NCBI GenBank assembly: GCA_009903795.1
Contig: WYER01000033.1
Location: forward strand, 23,001-87,000
DNA: 64,000 nt
Direction: 5' to 3'
Source of the DNA: Nitrososphaerota archaeon
GTDB taxonomy: Archaea > Thermoproteota > Nitrososphaeria > Conexivisphaerales > UBA164
The notes under the pieces were generated by a model. It worked only from the letters and a program-made list of their open reading frames with translations. It was not told where the DNA came from and did no database searches. Position numbers and translations under genes: made by a program. Numbering within the stretch: position 1 is the first letter of the stretch; each line of letters begins with the position of its first letter. Of this stretch, positions 60,637 through 64,000 are shown piece after piece.

Positions 60637-61659
60637 TTATTTTGCAAGCAGCGATGCTAAAGCTACCATTATTATGCCTATTATGAACAGTATAAACATT
60701 AGCGCAATCAGATACCAAGCAGACCTAGGTGCGCCCTTGAGCTCCTTCCATACGAAAACTCCCCATATAGCCGATATCATAGTGGCGTTTTGTCCAAGAA
60801 TATAAGATATAGTAACTCCTGCTACAGGTGATGAAATGAAGTTCATGACAGTAGCGGTGCTCCAAACAAACCCTCCTAATAAAGCCCATAAATGCCACGA
60901 TGTCTTACCCTTAGTCCAGTTAGAGAGGCTTGTTGGCTGATCACCTGGTGTTAATGGCTTTTTCATAAAAATCGGAATGAATATGAAACTGCTTATCATG
61001 GCCCCAAGCGTTAGGAATGTAGCTGCTGAATAGCTGTCGATTGCACCTACTCCAGATATTGAAAGGGCAAAAAGTGGATCAAAAATTCCTATTAAAATTC
61101 CAAGTATTACGCTTAATATCAAACCTCTCCTGATATATTGACTTTGACGTTTTTCTCCGCTTGCTTTTCCTTTTATGTTATAAGCTAGCGCGTCCGTTAT
61201 TATTGCTATCATCACTAAAGCAAGACCGCCAAATTCAAGCCACGCAACTCCGTAAGGCCTTACAATATAAGATAATATTGCGCCAATCACCAGAGAAAGT
61301 CCTATACCAACTGGAAATGCAAGGCTGAACCCGGCCATAGCTATCGCAGCAACTAGAAGTATGTTACCAGCGTTCCAAACTATGCCAGCCAGAAAAGCCC
61401 AGAATATATGTATAGGGGTTGCAGAAGCTAAAGCTTGAAATGAATTAAGTCCTGTTATTGGATTGGGTATTAGACCAAGCGTTACTTGATAAAGCAATGC
61501 AAACACAAAAAGTCCGATGGCGTACGTTAAATAGTAAGATTCAAACCTCCATCCATTAGTACCTTTCATAGTATTTGCCCATGAGCCCCAGCCTATCATA
61601 TTAATTACTAAAAGTCCAAGCGCAATTGTCACACTTGTAGGCAGCCAGCCGCCCATCAT
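60637..61659 (-). CDS. DMT-superfamily transporter (GRP sugar/ureide permease-like)
   Basis: WGSWANT.K...WRFE, 10 TM helices, WGVFVWKE. Confidence 0.82.
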   Translation of the reverse strand: MMGGWLPTSVTIALGLLVINMIGWGSWANTMKGTNGWRFESYYLTYAIGLFVFALLYQVTLGLIPNPITGLNSFQALASATPIHIFWAFLAGIVWNAGNILLVAAIAMAGFSLAFPVGIGLSLVIGAILSYIVRPYGVAWLEFGGLALVMIAIITDALAYNIKGKASGEKRQSQYIRRGLILSVILGILIGIFDPLFALSISGVGAIDSYSAATFLTLGAMISSFIFIPIFMKKPLTPGDQPTSLSNWTKGKTSWHLWALLGGFVWSTATVMNFISSPVAGVTISYILGQNATMISAIWGVFVWKELKGAPRSAWYLIALMFILFIIGIIMVALASLLAK

Positions 61660-61669
61660 GGTTTTGTAT

Positions 61670-62677
61670 TCACCCTTTGAGTTCCTTTAACGCCGGTATG
61701 ACCTTCTGTCCCCACACTTTAATGAATTTTTCTTCGTCAGGACTAGAACTCAAGTATTGTACATGGGTAAAACCTGCATCTAAATACTCTTTAGTCTTTT
61801 TTATTGCCTCTTCGGGATTTGTGACTATCATCCAAGCCTGAGCGATGTATTCTTTTGCTATCATCCTTCCAACGCTTTCAATTACTCTAGGATCATAAAC
61901 TCCATAATTGAAGAAGAACGGCACCAAAGCTCCGGCCCAGAATCTTGCTCCTTCAACAGCTCTATCAAAGTCTTCATCGTACGAAACTATTATCTCTATA
62001 ATCTTTTCTAACGTTGAAGGATCTTTGCCGGCATCCTTTGCGCCTTTTTCGAATGAAGGGAAAAGTTTAGTCTTATAATAGTCAAAAGGCGCAGGAAGCG
62101 TTAATAGCCCATCTGCATATTTGCCTGCCAAGTATGCGGTCTTTGGACCGTTTGCCGCGATATAAACTTTAATTTTTGTTTTTGGTTTAGTGTACAAGTT
62201 TGCTGTGCTTAGACTAAAATATTTTCCTTTGTATGTTACGAAGTCTTTTTCCCACAGCATCTTTATTATTTTTACCGCTTCCTCTAACCTTTCTTGTCTA
62301 ACTTTTATTGGAGGCCATGGAAAGCCAAGAGGCGATTCGTTCATTGCCTCACCAGTAGCTAGAGTTAGAAATGTCCTGCCAGGAAACATTTCATCAAAAG
62401 TTGCCCAAGCTTGTGCTATAAGCCCTGGATGGTATCTGTAACCTGGAGGAGTTACACCTGTTCCTATTTTGATCTTTTTAGTCGATGCAAGTGCTGCGCC
62501 TATCCACGCCCATGCTTGACCCCCGTTTGCGTTTGTATGAGCCCACGGGTGAAAATGATCGCTTGACCAAACGTCGTCGAAGCCGTATTGCTCAGCGAGC
62601 TTTACATGCTCTAGCAAAGTTGAAGGACTGTATTGTTCATGTGCAGCAAAATAACCAACAGGTAATGTGTTGTCCAT
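61670..62677 (-). CDS. F420-dependent LLM oxidoreductase, glucose-6-phosphate dehydrogenase (Fgd)-like family
   Basis: HEQY.P, WSSDHFHPW, GTGVT, RYHP, TGEAMNE. Confidence 0.88.
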   Translation of the reverse strand: MDNTLPVGYFAAHEQYSPSTLLEHVKLAEQYGFDDVWSSDHFHPWAHTNANGGQAWAWIGAALASTKKIKIGTGVTPPGYRYHPGLIAQAWATFDEMFPGRTFLTLATGEAMNESPLGFPWPPIKVRQERLEEAVKIIKMLWEKDFVTYKGKYFSLSTANLYTKPKTKIKVYIAANGPKTAYLAGKYADGLLTLPAPFDYYKTKLFPSFEKGAKDAGKDPSTLEKIIEIIVSYDEDFDRAVEGARFWAGALVPFFFNYGVYDPRVIESVGRMIAKEYIAQAWMIVTNPEEAIKKTKEYLDAGFTHVQYLSSSPDEEKFIKVWGQKVIPALKELKG

Positions 62678-62717
62678 TTTAATTTTTGATATTTTCATAA
62701 GATTATATTTACTTTTA

Positions 62718-62733
62718 GGTTAATATGTTAACC
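62718..62733. promoter_or_regulatory. Palindromic operator candidate containing an ARA-box-like core
   Basis: GGTTAATATGTTAACC just upstream of the minus-strand TATA-like element (62703-62710). Confidence 0.45.
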
Positions 62734-62772
62734 GTTTACAATAAATATTCTGCAATAAATTTAATATTATAT

Positions 62773-63879
62773 ATGCAAAACGATAAATATAAAGAATTAA
62801 GTATACAAGCTTCTAAAGAAGCATATAGCTCGCTTTTGAAAACAATGCAAAAAAGTGGCTTAGAGAATCTTGTCTTGTTTAGGGAAGAAAACATAAGATA
62901 TGTTAGCGCGCTTCCGTTAATAATATCGTTAAGAGCTACCAGCGATTCTTATGCGGCCATTGTAGATAATAGCGGAGTTAGAGTAATTACAAGCGAAGAT
63001 GAATACAGAAGGCTTAACGACTACGGATCCTGGGTAGAAATAGAAAAATATGGTTCCGAAGGCCTGATCGGCAAGATAAATCAAGAATTAAACGAAGTAA
63101 AAGAAATAGGTTATGAAGACAATTCAATACTTTATTATCTTTACCAAAAATTAAGCACAACCTACAAAATGAGGCCAGCTTCTACAATAATCTCTCAAAC
63201 GAGGGTTTATAAAAATTCATATGAGAAAGAACTCATAAAAAAAGCTGCAGAAATCCTGACGCATGCAATCAACGAAGTACCAAATATTTATAAAGAAGGT
63301 ATGACGGAAGCAGAACTTCAGGGTGAACTTGAAAAAATAATGCGTAAAGAAGGCGCAGAAGGATTTGGCACGTGGGGTCTTTTAACTTCATCTGACGGTT
63401 TAAAGTATGTTCATTATTTCCCAAAACATACAAAAAAGATACAGGGCATGTTAAATGTTAACATTTCAGTAAATTTCTATGGTTATTATGCAGATATAGC
63501 TAGAATTTTCTACATAGAAAAAATAAGCAAAGACATTGAAGAAAAATATGAGACGTTTAAAGGAATAAATAATAAATTAATAGGAATGCTAAAACCTAAC
63601 CAAAATATAGGCTCTATTGTTGAAAAAATTTCAGACGAATATAGAAAACTAAATTCACAATTAACGCACGCGCTTGGAAGAGGGGTAGGTGTTGAGCTCG
63701 TAGAAATGCCATTTATCGTGCCTAACATAAACCAAAACATCGAACTTAATCAAGCGATTTCTACTAACCCATGGATTAGTTTCGGTGATTATAGCTTTAA
63801 ACTAGTTGATACTTTAATGGTAGAAAAAGAAGGAGCTAAACTCTATACTAATGCAAGCTACGATCTGATCAGGCTATAA
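62773..63879 (+). CDS. M24 (Xaa-Pro peptidase/creatinase fold) protein with degenerate metal site
   Basis: ENIRY, R..K...E, GMTE.E, GYYADIAR, HALGRGVG..L.E.P. Confidence 0.8.
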   Translation: MQNDKYKELSIQASKEAYSSLLKTMQKSGLENLVLFREENIRYVSALPLIISLRATSDSYAAIVDNSGVRVITSEDEYRRLNDYGSWVEIEKYGSEGLIGKINQELNEVKEIGYEDNSILYYLYQKLSTTYKMRPASTIISQTRVYKNSYEKELIKKAAEILTHAINEVPNIYKEGMTEAELQGELEKIMRKEGAEGFGTWGLLTSSDGLKYVHYFPKHTKKIQGMLNVNISVNFYGYYADIARIFYIEKISKDIEEKYETFKGINNKLIGMLKPNQNIGSIVEKISDEYRKLNSQLTHALGRGVGVELVEMPFIVPNINQNIELNQAISTNPWISFGDYSFKLVDTLMVEKEGAKLYTNASYDLIRL

Positions 63880-64000
63880 TAAAATTAAGCATTATTGAAT
63901 TATTTTTTAATTATCCGTCAATAGTTTGGCTTTTTTGTTTTTAAAAACTTTTCAAAAAACATTTATTCGCCATTATTTTTTATGGCGTTTAAGCCAGTTA

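Overview
AT-rich, gene-dense archaeal chromosome segment. A TACK/Nitrososphaerota-like host is inferred from the histone, TFE-beta, the MPIxDP-type eL40, the DP1 N-terminus 'ALNEGFQIHPD' and the LysW pathway. Housekeeping content: sdhABCD-sucCD, ychF, histone, dys, rpl40e-tRNA-Val-topA, TFE-beta/rlmE/glyA plus a C/D box sRNA, trpS/pheS, AMP phosphorylase, split MetE, nep1, thermosome, a LysW-dependent Arg/Lys cluster, UDP-sulfoquinovose synthase, ABC/ECF transporters and a small F420-oxidoreductase/transporter locus. IS6- and ISH3-like debris lies at 15-17 kb and about 59.9 kb. Most striking observations: (1) Both DNA polymerase D subunits are intact ORFs but look catalytically dead. DP1 has lost metal ligands in all five phosphoesterase motifs. 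DP2 is shrunk to 711 aa with no DGD motif but keeps its Zn fingers and a PIP box, suggesting a pseudo-polymerase scaffold. (2) Both tRNAs overlap protein genes: tRNA-Val lies in frame inside the only canonical-start topA ORF, and tRNA-Arg contains the stop codon of an Mrr-like gene. (3) A short SMC5/6-like ATPase + kleisin + KITE operon sits head-to-head with a solo Cas4-like nuclease. All calls are by-eye motif recognition; no searches were run.
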